NCBI GenBank assembly: GCA_977017645.1
Contig: OZ360229.1
Coordinates: forward strand, 102,920,001-102,984,000
Reading direction: 5' to 3'
Source: Torpedo marmorata
Taxonomy: Eukaryota
Length of the DNA stretch: 64,000 nt
Part shown: positions 13,755 through 26,658 of the stretch, in pieces
Position numbering within the stretch: position 1 is the first letter of the stretch
Layout of the letters: each line of letters begins with the position of its first letter
Notes under the pieces: generated by a model
Databases searched by the model: none
What the model was told of the DNA's origin: nothing
Seen by the model: only the letters and a program-made list of their open reading frames with translations
Translations under genes and position numbers: made by a program

Positions 13755-14564
13755 GCTCAGAATTGTGTTAATTACTATAAATGTACGTTATAGATTGGTC
13801 TCCTATAATTTTCTTCATCAATTATATTTGACTCCACAAAAATTACATAAATTTAAACCAGAATTATCAGAGATGTGTTTTAGATTTGGAACGGAGGTTG
13901 GTTCTTTTTTACATTCAACATGGATGTGCTGTAAGATGAGACAATTTTGGCATAATCTCTGTGACATCTTATCTAAAGTTATTGGAGTTACTCTAATTTT
14001 AGATCCAGAGATATGGCTTTTGGGACATTTTACTACTATTAAGGACACCCTAACCAGATATCAAATTATATTTTTGGGAATAGCTTTTTGTGTGGCCAGA
14101 AAGTGTTTACTGACTACTTGGAAGTCAGATTCCCCATTGTCTATTGATAGATGGACCTCAGAAATAAATAGTTGTATTCCATTGGAGAAAATTACGTATA
14201 ACATTAAAAACAAACAGGTTATTTTTTATAAAATTTGGCAACCTTATTTAGATTATTTGGGGTCAGGATAAATTAAATTAAAGAAGATTTGCTATTAATT
14301 TGTTTTGGGTTCCTTCACGCGATAAGCCCTGTTGCCGGGAAGCCTTGGAGTTTTTCTTTCTTTTATATATTTTAAATTAGTAATTATATAAACATTGTCG
14401 ACCACTTGTTTTGTTTCGTTTTTTTTACTTTGGGGTAATTGTTTTTTTTATTTTTATTATATATGTTACTTTTATTGTATTACTATATAATGTGATATCT
14501 ATTTTTGAAGTATTTTGTTTTATTGTTTGTTAAAAATGAAAATAAAATATTTTTAAAAATTAAA
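13755..14564 (+). mobile_element. L1 LINE 3' fragment with TSD
   Basis: ORF2 C-terminus YNFLHQLYLTP..CFR..SFLHSTWMC..PLEKITY..KIWQPY; TSD AATAAAAGCATTATA at 13740-13754 and 14565-14579. Confidence 0.88.
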
Positions 14565-14600
14565 AATAAAAGCATTATAAATGTATTTAGAATACAGGAC

Positions 14601-14850
14601 TCTTTTTTTTTTTTTTTGTTATTGTTTTTTTTTCCTCCTTTTATTTTGGATTATCCTTTTTTTTAAGGATACCTACATTTGAATAAGAGTTTTAACATGA
14701 ATTTAGAACTTGGTCAATATGGCTTCTATGGTTTTTTTTTTCTTTATATATGTATAAACACCAGATGATTTTTCAAGTGTTTTTCTTATCTTGTTATTCT
14801 GTATACATGTTTATTTGTTAAAAATCAATAAAAATATTTTAAAAAGAAAG
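14601..14850 (+). mobile_element. Short L1-type 3' UTR insertion
   Basis: T-rich body with AATAAA and an A tail, flanked by direct repeat AGAATACAGGA. Confidence 0.55.
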
Positions 14851-14904
14851 AGAATACAGGATTCTGAAGGGGAATAATCCTTATAAAAGACAAATAGGTT
14901 TTTA

Positions 14905-15155
14905 GGCGGCACAGTTGGCGTAGCGGTTAGCGCAATGCCTTTACAGCGCCAGCGATCGGGACCGGGGTTCGAATCCCGCGCTGTCTGTAAGGAGTTTGTA
15001 CGTTCTCCCCGTGTCTGCGTGGGTTTTCCCCGGGGGCTCCAGTTTCCTCTCACCGTTCGAAACATACCGGGGTGTAGGTTAATTTGGTGTAAATTGGGCG
15101 GCACGGACTCTTGGGCCGAAATGGCCTGTTACCGTGCTGTATGTCTAAATTTTAA
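14905..15155 (+). mobile_element. tRNA-derived SINE (HE1-like)
   Basis: Same family as 10710; intact GGTTCGAATCCC B box. Confidence 0.85.
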
Positions 15156-15394
15156 AAAAATTGCTGAGATCCAAGGACCAGAGTTCTCATTTATTTGGGT
15201 TGTGGATTTATTGTGTGGAGGCACTTGAGAGATCCCTGTCTGAAGTCCATGCGTAGTTCAGGAAACCAAACACAATCTCTTCCCAAACTTCCTGTCCAGA
15301 GCCACTGAAAAGAAAATCTGAATATTATGGATAGATGTTGGCATCGAAGCACATTTCCATCAGCTCCCCCAGATTCTACCGCTCATTTAAACTA

Positions 15395-16365
15395 GGGGAA
15401 ATTGACATTAATCCTATCTGTGATAGATGTAAGATGGAGGTGGCTTCTTTATCTCATATGTTCTGGTCATGTTCTATGTTGGAAAGATATTGGAGGGATA
15501 TATTTAAGACCTTATCAACTATACTAGATGTTAGTTTACAACCTAACCCATTGACTGCTCTTTTTGGAATAATAGTTTTAGATGTGGGACAAATTCCCGC
15601 TTCTACACAGAGGGTTGTAGCTTTCTCTACCTTATTAGCTAGAAGAGCCATTTTGTTTAAATGGAAAGATCCTAACCCACCTACTTTAATTCAATGGCTC
15701 TCTCAAATTATGTCATGTTTGAGTTTAGAGAAAATAAGGAGTCATACATTTGATGCATCTGTTAAATTTGAGGAGACTTGGAGACCATTTTTAAATAACT
15801 TTCGCATGATTTAACTAGTACAATCAATTGCCATTCTGGACAATTGTTATATTTATTTTTTCCTTCTCTTTTTACTACGGTGTACATCAGCTGACGGACT
15901 TTATTTACCAATAAACCTTCAGGATAGAATGCCCAGTTTTGTTTTTTTTTGTTCTGTTTTATTTAGATTAGGTGGGGTTTTGTAGGAATTTTTTTTCTTC
16001 TCTTTTTGCTTTTTCTTTTTTTCTTCTTTTTCATCTCTTTCAAAAATTCGTTTTGAGGAGATGAGAAACTATTAGAATATATTGGTTAATTATAAGGCAG
16101 ATTATTATTGTACTGATTTGTTTTTTTTATGTATATGTATTCTTATTGTCCTCATATTTTGATCACTTATTAAAATATGTTAGTGAGAAAGGGAGAAGAG
16201 GAGATCGGAGAAAATTATATATAAATGATCTATATTTGTTGTACCGAAGATATATCTCTATTGTTACTTACTGTTAAATTGTACTCATTCTGTGCAACAT
16301 TGCCTTTTTAATTTTAATTTCTGTATTGTAATCTTTACAAAATCAATAAAAAGATTGAAAAAGAA
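15395..16365 (+). mobile_element. L1 LINE 3' fragment (second subfamily)
   Basis: CDRCK..SLSHMFWSC..LARRAILFKWK..LSLEKIR..ETWRPF, followed by a T-rich 3' UTR and AATAAA. Confidence 0.82.
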
Positions 16366-16734
16366 AGTAAGACAGTGGACAATTAACTTACCAGCTTGCA
16401 TATTAGAAGGTGGGAGGCAATTGGAGCACTCAGTCACAGGGAAAACGGGCAACCTCTACACTGAGAGCACTTGAGGTCAAGATTGAACCTGCGTCTCTGG
16501 AGCTGTGAAGGAATAACTTGACTAGCTGTGCCCCTGTGCCACCCTGAGATACATCAAGTTAGTAAACCTTGTTCTGGGTGGGAGGAGAGAGGGTGTGTGT
16601 AGGACTGTAAGAGGCGCTTCAGGCAATTTCTGCCTATGGCGAATCTGTCTGCCTTACAGCAGGCAAAAGGAATTTCGTGTAATATGACACCGTTTTATTG
16701 CATGACAATAAATTGAATCTTGAAATCTTGAGTG

Positions 16735-17580
16735 CAGGTAAAAATACAGATGTACTTGAGGGTTCTGTCAATGGTGATGAGGGGAAATGATGGTTGAGGA
16801 AAAAGGAAGACCAATTGAATGCATGGGGGTAGAAGGTAGTGTCGTCAGAACAGATTCAACAGAGCCAAAGAAAATGGGAGAATGGAAGGGAGGTCCTTGC
16901 AGGAACCAGGATGTAAAGAAGAGTCGGCAAGGAACGTTGAGATACTGCTGGTAAAATGGAGACTGAGATCATAGAATTATGTAGCAGGCATGAGTAAACT
17001 GGGCCTGAGCTTGTCTCATTGGAAGAGAAGGTAAGGGGAGAGTTGGATATGGTTATTTGAAGGTGTGATTAGGGTGAAACTTTGCAGCAAAGGTGCTAAA
17101 ACTTTCTAATTCATTCTGACTGCAGGGAATCCCACCAATGATAGTCACTCAAAAAACCAGAGAAAGCAGTGAGGCAGGGGAACTGAAATATCTTGAATAT
17201 TCAACAAAGACACAGGCACAACTTGGATCTCTATTGATTCTCAAAGCAGCATCTTTAAATCAGCAGAAATAAGTAGAATCAAAGGAGAAATTGTTCAACG
17301 TGAGAACAAGTTCAGCCAGGCGAAGATGCATGGCAGTGGAAGGTCAGGCCCCTTTTCTAGGGAGAAGCAAAGAGCTCCCAAACCTTCCTGGATGTCTCTG
17401 GTGAGAGTGGGGGTGGGAACCTGGAAACAGTTTAGTGACAGAGTGTGTGAATGTCGCAAATGTTGGTGGGAATAGACTGGAAAGAGGAGAAAAGTCATGT
17501 CAAGATAGGGCGATATAAATTCCCGGGATCAAGAACACGCTGAAATGATGGATCTCTAAGGAGAATCCTTTGTGAATCTG
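16735..17580 (-). mobile_element. Decayed Penelope-like element RT fragment
   Basis: Minus strand around 17270-17322 reads RLAELVLTLNNFSFDST, typical of vertebrate Penelope RTs; heavily degenerate. Confidence 0.6.
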
Positions 17581-17994
17581 AAGGAGCAGCAACATTATTA
17601 TATTCTGTTATACACTTTGTACCTCACATTGGGTGCACTCGTGTGAATAGCATGCAACACAGCCGTTGTTTTCCTGTGTATAGTATGCCCCTCACCTTAA
17701 ATGTCCATCCTTGGTTTTACTGACTCTCATTCCAATACCACTCATCATCATGCAGGGCCAGTGGCAGTTGCAGTGATGCTCAAGGTATACTGAGACAGTA
17801 AAGCACAGTTTGAATCACCGGTTTGTACCCACAAATATAAAGGTTGCACAATCATGAAAAATGGAAGCAGTCAAGTTCAATTCAAATTGAAAGCATTCAA
17901 CTGCAAGAAAGACTCAAGAGAAATAAGCATCAAAATAAAAGTAAACCTATGCAGTCTTGCAGTGGATGTACTTGATTAATTTATTTTTTAAATT

Positions 17995-18236
17995 TAAATT
18001 TAGACATTTAGCACAGTAACAGGCTCTTCCTGCCCACGAGCCCGTGCCGCTCAAATATCCCAATTAACCTATAATTCCCATACGTTTCGAAGGGTGGGAG
18101 GAAACTGAAGCGCCCAAAGGAAACCCATGCAGATATGAGGAGAACATAGAAACTCCTTACAGACAGTGACGGATTCGGACCCAGGTCGCTGGCACTGTAA
18201 CAGCATTTTGCTAACTGCTATGCTAACTGTGCCGCT
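17995..18236 (-). mobile_element. tRNA-derived SINE (HE1-like)
   Basis: Diverged reverse copy of the 10710 SINE. Confidence 0.75.
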
Positions 18237-18285
18237 CTCTATTATAATTGTAATTTAATAGCAAAAACTTTTCAAAACTATTCTC

Positions 18286-19781
18286 AGAATCAGAATCAGA
18301 ATTTATTGTCATGAACAAGTCATGAAATTCAGTGTTTCGCAGCATCATCATAGTGCAAACATTCATATTATAACCATCTTACGACGTTACAAGAAAAAAA
18401 ATAAAGATAACAGTGCACGAAAAGTAAGGCAGTGTCTTTGGTTCATTGATTATTCAGGAATCTGATGGCAGCGGGGAAGAAGCTGTCCTTGTGCCATTGA
18501 GTGCTCGTATTTAGGCTCCTGTACTTTTTTCCCGATGGTAGCAGAGTGAAGAGGGCATGGCCTGGGTGGAGGGGGTCTTTGAGGATAGAGGCTGCTTTTT
18601 TAAGACACCGCCTCATGTAGATGTCCTCGATGGAGTGAAGTCTGGTGCCTGTGATGTCACAGGCCAAGTTAACAACCCTCTGAAGTTTATTCTTGTCCTG
18701 AGAGGTGGCGCCTCCATACCAGGCAGTGATGCAACCAGCCAGAATGCTCTCCTGTAGAAGTTTACGAGAGTCTTTGGTGACATACCGAATCTCCTCAGAC
18801 ACCTCACAAAGTATAGCCGCTGGCAAGCCTTCTTTGTGATTGCATCAACGTGGAGGCTCCAGGACAGATCCTCGGAGATGTTGACACCCAGGAATTTGAA
18901 GTTCTTGACCCTCTCCACTACTGAGCCCTCGATGAGGACTGGGTCGTGTTCCCCTGACTTCCTCCTGAAGTCCACAATCATTTCCTTGGTTTTGCGAACA
19001 TTGAGAGCAAGGTTGTTGTCATTACACCATTCAACGAGCTGATCTATCTCCCTCCTGTACACTTCCTCATTGCCGTTTGTGATTCTGCCGACAACTGTGG
19101 TGTCATCAGCAAACTTGTAGATGCTATTGGAATTGTGCTTGGCCACACAGTCGTGTGTTTAACGAATAGAGAAGTGGGCTAAGCACGCATCCTTGGGGTG
19201 CGCCTGTGTTGATAATCAGTGAGGAGGAGACGTTGTTTCCAATTCGTACTGACTGTGGTCTTCCGATGAGAAAGTCAAGGATCCAGTTGCAGAGGGGTGT
19301 ACAGAGGCCTGGAGTTTGTAGCTTCTTGACCAGCACTGAGGGAATAATGGTATTGAAGGTCGAGCTGTAGTCGATGAAGAGCAGCCGTATGTATGAATTG
19401 CTGTTTTTGAGGTGATCCAGAGCTGAGTGGAAACCAGCGATGTTGCATCTGCTGTGGAGCGATTGTGACGATAGGCGAATTGCAGTGGGTCCAGATCTTT
19501 GCTTAGGTACGTGTTAATTCTGGCCATGACCAGCCTCTCAAAGCATTTCATCACAATAGAAGTTAGTGCTACTGGGCAGTAGTCGTTGAGGCAGCTCACA
19601 CTACTCTTCTTGGGTACCGGGATGATTGATGCCCTTTTGAAGCAGGTGGGAACCTCTGACTGCCACAATGAGAGGTTGAAAATGTCCGTGATCACTCCGG
19701 CTAGTTGGTTGGCGCAGATTTTCAGTACCCTGCCAGGTACGCCGTCAGGGCCTGACGCCTTGCGAGGGTTCACCCTCTTGA
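18286..19781 (-). mobile_element. Rex1/Babar-type LINE, 5'-truncated RT
   Basis: [48 protein letters not shown]; (TCAGAA)n tail at the left end. Confidence 0.92.
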
Positions 19782-21277
19782 ATGATGACAAATGAAGAAA
19801 AAAACATTGAAAATATCTGGTAATGTTGGATAAAAACATTTTTTCAGATTATTTTTAATGTGTTAATCACATTATAATGTGCCATGTCTCTTAGTTGCTG
19901 TGACCCTTTACACCATGTCAATATAAAATATCCATATTTTGAGCCTTAGGCAAGTTTATTTCGATGCCTTTTAATCATGAAAAATGTTGTATTACTTTAC
20001 AGTGCATGGTTGAGCTCAGAATAACTTCAATTTCTAATGTGATATGATTTATATACACTGTATACTCTCAGAAGGTAGTTAATATATCAAACATTTCTTT
20101 GTAAAGATGTGCCCATATTTTCATGTAACAGCTATGGTGTGACTTCTTAATTAATTTATTGGCCTTTCATTTTTAAACTGAGACAATAATGCAATCTGTT
20201 GACCAGCAGGTTGTTTGCTACATTTTTATATTTATTTCAGATTTTCATCATCCTCAGTATATTGCAACTAAAACAAACTATGCTGGAAAAGATCAGCAAG
20301 TCAGGCAGCATCTGTGGAAAGAGAAGCAGTCAACGTTTTGGGACTGTCACCAGACAGATGCTTCATCAGATGAGTTTGAGGGTCACAGATCTGAAACTTT
20401 GGTTGATTCTCTTTCCTCAGATGTCAATATCAATGTGAGTTTATTGTCTTATACATAAGTATAATATGCAGATGCACTGATGTTCTTTCTTGCTGCAGCC
20501 AAACAGGTATGTAAGGTATGCCAACCACAATAATAAAAATTAAATTACCGTAGTATGCTAAGACAGAAAAGAGATAATAAATATCAAAGGTTAGATAAAG
20601 ACTCACAGCTCCAGTTTGCGCAAAAAAATATTGTTTCAATTAAAAACTGTTCTTTAATCTAGAAGTGCTGGATTTGAGGCTTCTGTACCTTCTGCCTGAA
20701 ATGAGCAGTGAGAATTTTTAATTAGTTAAAAAAAGGGGTTGTGACCAGGGTGATGGGGGGTCCTTTATGAGGGAGCTGCTACTAGACTTGCTGAGTTTTT
20801 ATTTTTATTTTTAAAATTTAGACATCCATCACGGGGTAACAGGCCCTTACGGCCCACGTGCCCTTGCACCCAATTACACCCAACTGACTCACAACCCCCA
20901 TACGTTTTGAAGGGTGGGAGGAAACCAATTCAATTCAGTAAAATATAGGCCATTTGGCCCATCTTCTCAGAGAAATCCCATCAATCCCTGTAACCTATTG
21001 CTCATCAGCTGCCAGTTCTCTTTACACCCCTGATTCTAGGTGTAATGTACGGTAGCCATTTAACCTACAGTGCATCATTGGAATGTTGAAGGAAACTGGA
21101 GCACCCAGGGAACATCCATGCAGTGACAGGGGATGTGCACGCTCCACACCGACAATACCCAGAGTCAAGATCGAACCAGCATCACTGGAACAGTGCAGCA
21201 ATGACACCACCTGTTCAAATTGCTGTGCTCCCCTGCCATTTGGTGCACTGCTGTCTTATTTTTAATTTTTGTAATTT

Positions 21278-21513
21278 TCAAATTTCAGACATACAACACG
21301 GTAATAGGCCCTTTCAGCTCATGAGCCCGTGCCGCCCAATTACACCCAATTGATCTACATGTACCTACAGTAAATTTTTGAACAGTGGGAGGAAACGGAA
21401 GCACCCGGAGGAACCCACTCAGACACAGGGAGAATGTACAAACTCCTTACAGACAGCGCCGGATTCGGACCTCTGTCGCTGGCGCTTTAACAGCGTTGCG
21501 CTAACCGTGCAGC
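21278..21513 (-). mobile_element. tRNA-derived SINE (HE1-like)
   Basis: Reverse copy of the 10710 family; further partial or older copies at ~20810-20925 and ~21040-21235. Confidence 0.75.
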
Positions 21514-22219
21514 CCTATCTCTGACTTGAATGAATTGAGGCACCACAATAATGTAAATAAATTACAGCAATAACTTAAATAAATTTATTTCTTCAAAAGG
21601 AGTGTAAAGTAAGGACTGAAGGATACATTATCATGATTTACTCAGGTCTTGATGCGGCAAAGTCCTATTGTAATTTTAGATGTGAATAGGAATTGCACAT
21701 TAGACCAGAACCTGATGGGCCCTGTAAAGAGAGAAATTTCGACCTAACATAAGAAAGGTGATCAGTGTAGCGGAGTTTGTAGCCAGGCACAGTTACAGAA
21801 CATGCCTAACATGCCATGATATGTTTGAGCTGGTATGCGAAGTGAAAGAAACTACAAACATGGGCCTGGAGCCGCTGAGGTCCTAAATGTTGAAAGGAAT
21901 ATCATGAGGGGAGACGACTTTGTCCCAATGGGTTAACCCCTTTGTTTCATCCATTGCTTAAATAGTCATCTGCAATGCTTGCGCATGAAATTTATAATAT
22001 CATCTGCTTTATATAATAAACAGTAAGATCCCTGTAATCCGGAATTCAAGCAATCGGCAAAAAAATCACAGAAAACAAATAGATGAGGGGGGTGTGGCGT
22101 GATGGCGTTGGTTGGAGTTGTGGAAATACACCTCTCCCTACAGAACTAATCAAAAACTGTAATAAAACTTTAACTGGTTATTAAAAAAAAAGTTAAGAGT
22201 GTTTATTAATGATTAAAGA

Positions 22220-23637
22220 ATGACTACAAGAAAAGGGAAGGAGCAAAAGACAAAGAAAGCAGTGTTAAAAGAAAGTTTAATTCAAGGAGAAGATCGGCCT
22301 ACCTTAGCGATGGAGCCTCGGGATCAAGTTCCTCTCCCTCCTCGAAGGATGCAGACGAGAATGGGTAAGCCTATTGTAATGCCAGCGCCGTCCTCCCGGG
22401 GAGCTGGGGAAGATGGCGCTGGTGCTCGAAGGAAGACTGGACTACAAAAAGATAACGAACAACTGCGCATGCGCAAAATGACGCGCATGAGTGAAACGCA
22501 ACGGGAGCTGTCAACTGAGGTTGACAGCCAAAGAAGAACCTCCCGTTCAATTCAGTACATTTTTGGAGAGGAAAGATCATCGTCAACGGACTCAGAAGAT
22601 AAAGGGAGGAAGAAAGAAATGTTTGGTGGAATGGAGAGACAAGCAGAAGAGATGGAGGGAGAGGAAAGAGACATAATTGGAGGAGAAGAAACTTACCTGT
22701 TTCAAGGTAAACAAGAAATTTCAAATACTTTTATTCAAGCCATAAATTATTTAACAGATCAAGTGTCTACAATGAATCAACGTATAGAACATGGATTTAA
22801 GGCTATAGATATCAACTTTACTGAATTTAAGGAAGAAATGAAAGACATTAAATATAATATGAAAAAGTGTTCAATTGCTGTGGATAAAGTGACATTGAAA
22901 GTCCAGAAAGTTGAAAACAAGGTTAAAGAATGTCGTGAAGAGATGGTGGATTGCAAAGATACAGTGGATAAAATGGAAAATTCATTTACAGGCTGGGAAT
23001 TACAAAGAAATGAACTTTTACAAAAAATAGATACATTGGAGAATCAAAGCCGGAGAAACAATGTTAAAATTGTGGGATTGCCAGAAGAATACGAAGGGAC
23101 AAACTCAACTGAATTTTTTCAAAATTGGATTCCAAAAATGTTGGGTACTGAAAACTTCCCTAATGGACTTGAATTAGATAGAGCTCATAGAGATAATAGA
23201 AGGAAACCATATCCTGGACAAATGCCACGCTCAGTGTTAATTAGATGTCTTCGTTACCAGGATAAAGAGAAGATATTGAAATTAGCCGTTCAAAACGCAA
23301 GAAAGAAACAAGGTCCATTGATGATGAATAAAAACAGGGTATTTTTTATGCTGATTTAAGTGCAGCAATAATTAAAAAACACAAAGAGTTTAATCCAGCC
23401 AAAGCAATTTTTTGGAATAAGGGATATAAATTTTCATTTAGATATCCTGCGATATTGAAAGTTCAATCTCGAGACAATCAGTCTGTTTTTTTCGCTGATT
23501 ATCAAGAAGCTTTGAAGTATGCTAATACGCTTCCTAATATAAAGGAAGATCAAGATTTGTCTGGGCAATTTCAAGTTACTATACCTGTTCAGGACTTGAT
23601 ACACTTAACAGAGAATCTCCAAACAGCTTCAGGATGA
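22220..23637 (+). pseudogene. L1 ORF1p (coiled coil plus RRM), frameshifted near 23350
   Basis: LENQSRRNNVKIVGLPE, LELDRAHR and PRSVLIRCLRYQDKE motifs. Confidence 0.85.
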
Positions 23638-23997
23638 GATGAACTGGCCGAATTGAGTAATGTTAAAGTTAACAGAGATTTGGAAGATGCTGGATTTGGA
23701 TGAAGAATCGACAATAACTGTTATGCAAAATCTGTTGGGGGGGGTGGACCTTTTTTGTCTTCTCCGTACCTAACCACACATCACCTTAATGGCGAGGGCC
23801 ACTTCCTGAACAGCAGAGGGGGGTAGTATTGATGTAAATACACCAGTATTATATAGTGGGTTTCTTTAGTCTTTTATTATTCCTTTTTTTTTCTTTACTT
23901 CTTTTTTCCCTTTTTTTTAAGGAGATGTCAAATTTATTGCAAATGTGGAAGGGGGAACCGATTGGTCTGAAAAGGAGAAAGTTATTAAATATTAGTA

Positions 23998-26658
23998 ATG
24001 GCGGATAGTAAATCAATAAATGTTGTAAGTATTAATATAAATGGGCTGAATAATCCGATTAAACGGAAGAAAACTTTGGCATATATTAAAAAGTTACAAG
24101 TTGATATAGCTTTTTTACAAGAGACACATTTGACAGATGTAGAACATCAGAAACTGAAAAGAGAATGGGTTGGTCAAGTGGTTGCATCTTCATTTAATTC
24201 TACAGCAAAAGGAGTTGCTATATTAATTAATAAAACGTTTTTACCTTTTAAAATACCGTCTGTGGTTTCAGATGTGTCAGGAAGATATGTTTTAATAAAT
24301 TGTCAGATATATTCAGAAATGTGGACACTTATGCATATATATGTGCCAAATACGGAAGATGAACAATTTATTCAAGATTCTTTTATGCATTTATCAGAAG
24401 CAAATGATAATATTTTAATCAGTGGGGATTTTAATTGTTGTTTCGATCCAATAATAGATAAAACATCGAAATGAATTATTAGAACTAAAACTGCGAAAAT
24501 AATTCTTTCTTTGATGAAAGATCTGAATTTAATAGATATTTGGAGGAAGTTAAATCCAAGAGAAAAAGACTATTCTTTTTATTCTTTTAGACATGATTCT
24601 TATTCTAGAATAGATATGTTTTTATTGTCATCTCAATTCAAAGACAGAGTGACTCAAGTACAATATAAAGCAAGAATAATTTCTGATCATTCACCTCTAA
24701 TAATGTCATGTATAATTCCAGAAAAAGAAAAAAATTATATATAGATGGAGATTAAATTCTTCTTTCTTAAAAAGACTGGATTTTTGTAATTATATAAGAA
24801 AAGAAATTCATGAATTTTACAGATTAATTCTAATTCGATTGACAATAAATTTATTATTTGGGAGGCTCTAAAGGCTTATTTAAGAGGTCAAATAATAAGT
24901 TATTCAGCAAAATTTAAAAAGGAATATATTCAGGAATTAGATAATTTGGAGAAGGAGATCGAGTTTCTGGAAAAGGATTTACAAAAGAAGAGATCAGAAG
25001 AAAAGAGGAGGAATTTAATTGATAAAAAATTGTATAATAATACGGGGAGATATCTAGTTATAAGATTAATTCTGATAAAAGAGAAATTATGGCATTGACA
25101 CAAGGGGATTATAGTAAATGTAAAGAAATTACACAATTTAAATGGGCAAAAGAAGGAATTAAATATTTGGAATAAAGACTGATACAAAATTAGTTAATTT
25201 ATATAAATTAAATTATATACCATTATTTATGAAAATTAAAAAAGATTTAAAAAGTTGGAAGGATTTACCTATAACTTTAATAGGAAGGGTAAATTGTATT
25301 AAAATGAATGTCTTTCCAAGAATTCAATATCTTTTTCAACCAATTCCTTATGAAATTCCTCAGAAATATTTTAAAGATTTAAATTTAACTATAAGGAAGT
25401 TTTTGTGGAAAGAAAAGTTGGCTAGAGTAGGTATGCAGAAATTAACTTGGAATTATGAAATGGGTGGTTTACAACTTCCCAATTTTCAAAATTATTATAA
25501 AGCAGCTCAATTAAAATTTATTAATGAAATGTTTGATTCAGGAAAATCTTCTGATTGGATTAAAATAGAATTAAATAATATGGGAGAAGATTTGAAAGAA
25601 GAAGTTATTTATAAATGGAATTCTAAATTAGTATTAACAAGAGGGAAAAATTCTCCCATTTTTAGACATTTGTTAGAAATATGGAATGGAGTGGATAGGG
25701 AGATAGGAGGGAAAGGGTTAATTTCTCGAAGAATGCCTTTATATCAAAATAAACTTATTCCATTTACTGTTGATAATCAATTATTTAAAATTTGGTTTCA
25801 AAAGGGAATTAAGAAAATAAATGATTGTTTTGAAGCTAGTAAATTTATTACTTTTCAAAGAATGAAAGAAAAGTTTAATGTTTTAGATAATACACTTTTT
25901 GCTTATTATCAAATTAGAGCATTTTTAGTTGAAAGGTTGGGTTATAGTTTGACTTTACCAAGACAAAGTGAACTGGAATTATTAGTTATTAATGGAGGTA
26001 TAAATAAATTTATTTCTCAAATGTATAGATTATTACAGATAAAAATGCCCAAAGTAGGAATTCACAAATCAAGATTAAAATGGGAATCAGATTTGAATGT
26101 AACAATAGATGAAGAACATTGGAAAGAATTATGTAAATTAAGTATGACAAAAATTATTAATGTCAGATATAGACTAGTGCAATATAATTTTTTCCACCAA
26201 TTATATTTAACACCTAAAAAATTAAAGAAATTTAATCCGACATTATCTGGTTTATGTTTTAGATGTAATAGAGAGGAAGATTCTTTTCTACATTCTACAT
26301 GGCTTTGTCCAAAGATATATGATTTTTGTTTGAAAGTTAAAAAGTTTTTAGATAAAGTATTAAGAATTACACTCCCAATGGATCCTATGATATTTTTATT
26401 TGGAGATATTAAAAGAATTAGTACCAAGATGAAATTAAATATGTACCAAATAGAATTTTTGCGAATTGCTTTAGCTGGTTCTAAGAAATATATTGCTATT
26501 ACATGGAAATCTCATGTAGATTTAGGGTTAGATAGATGGCATGCAGAACTTCGTTCAGCTATACCACTTGAAAAAATTACTTATAATTTACGTAATAAAT
26601 ATCATTCTTTTTGAAAATATGGAGCCCATATATAAAAACGGTTGGTTTAAGGATTTGA
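23998..26658 (+). pseudogene. L1 ORF2p remnant: APE endonuclease and C-terminal region, RT core missing
   Basis: NINGLNNPIKRKK, FLQETH, GDFN, YSRIDMF, ISDH; near 25040 the sequence jumps to YGEISSYKIN..KYLG; then LIGRVNCIKMN and the CFRC..HSTWLC knuckle. Confidence 0.88.
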
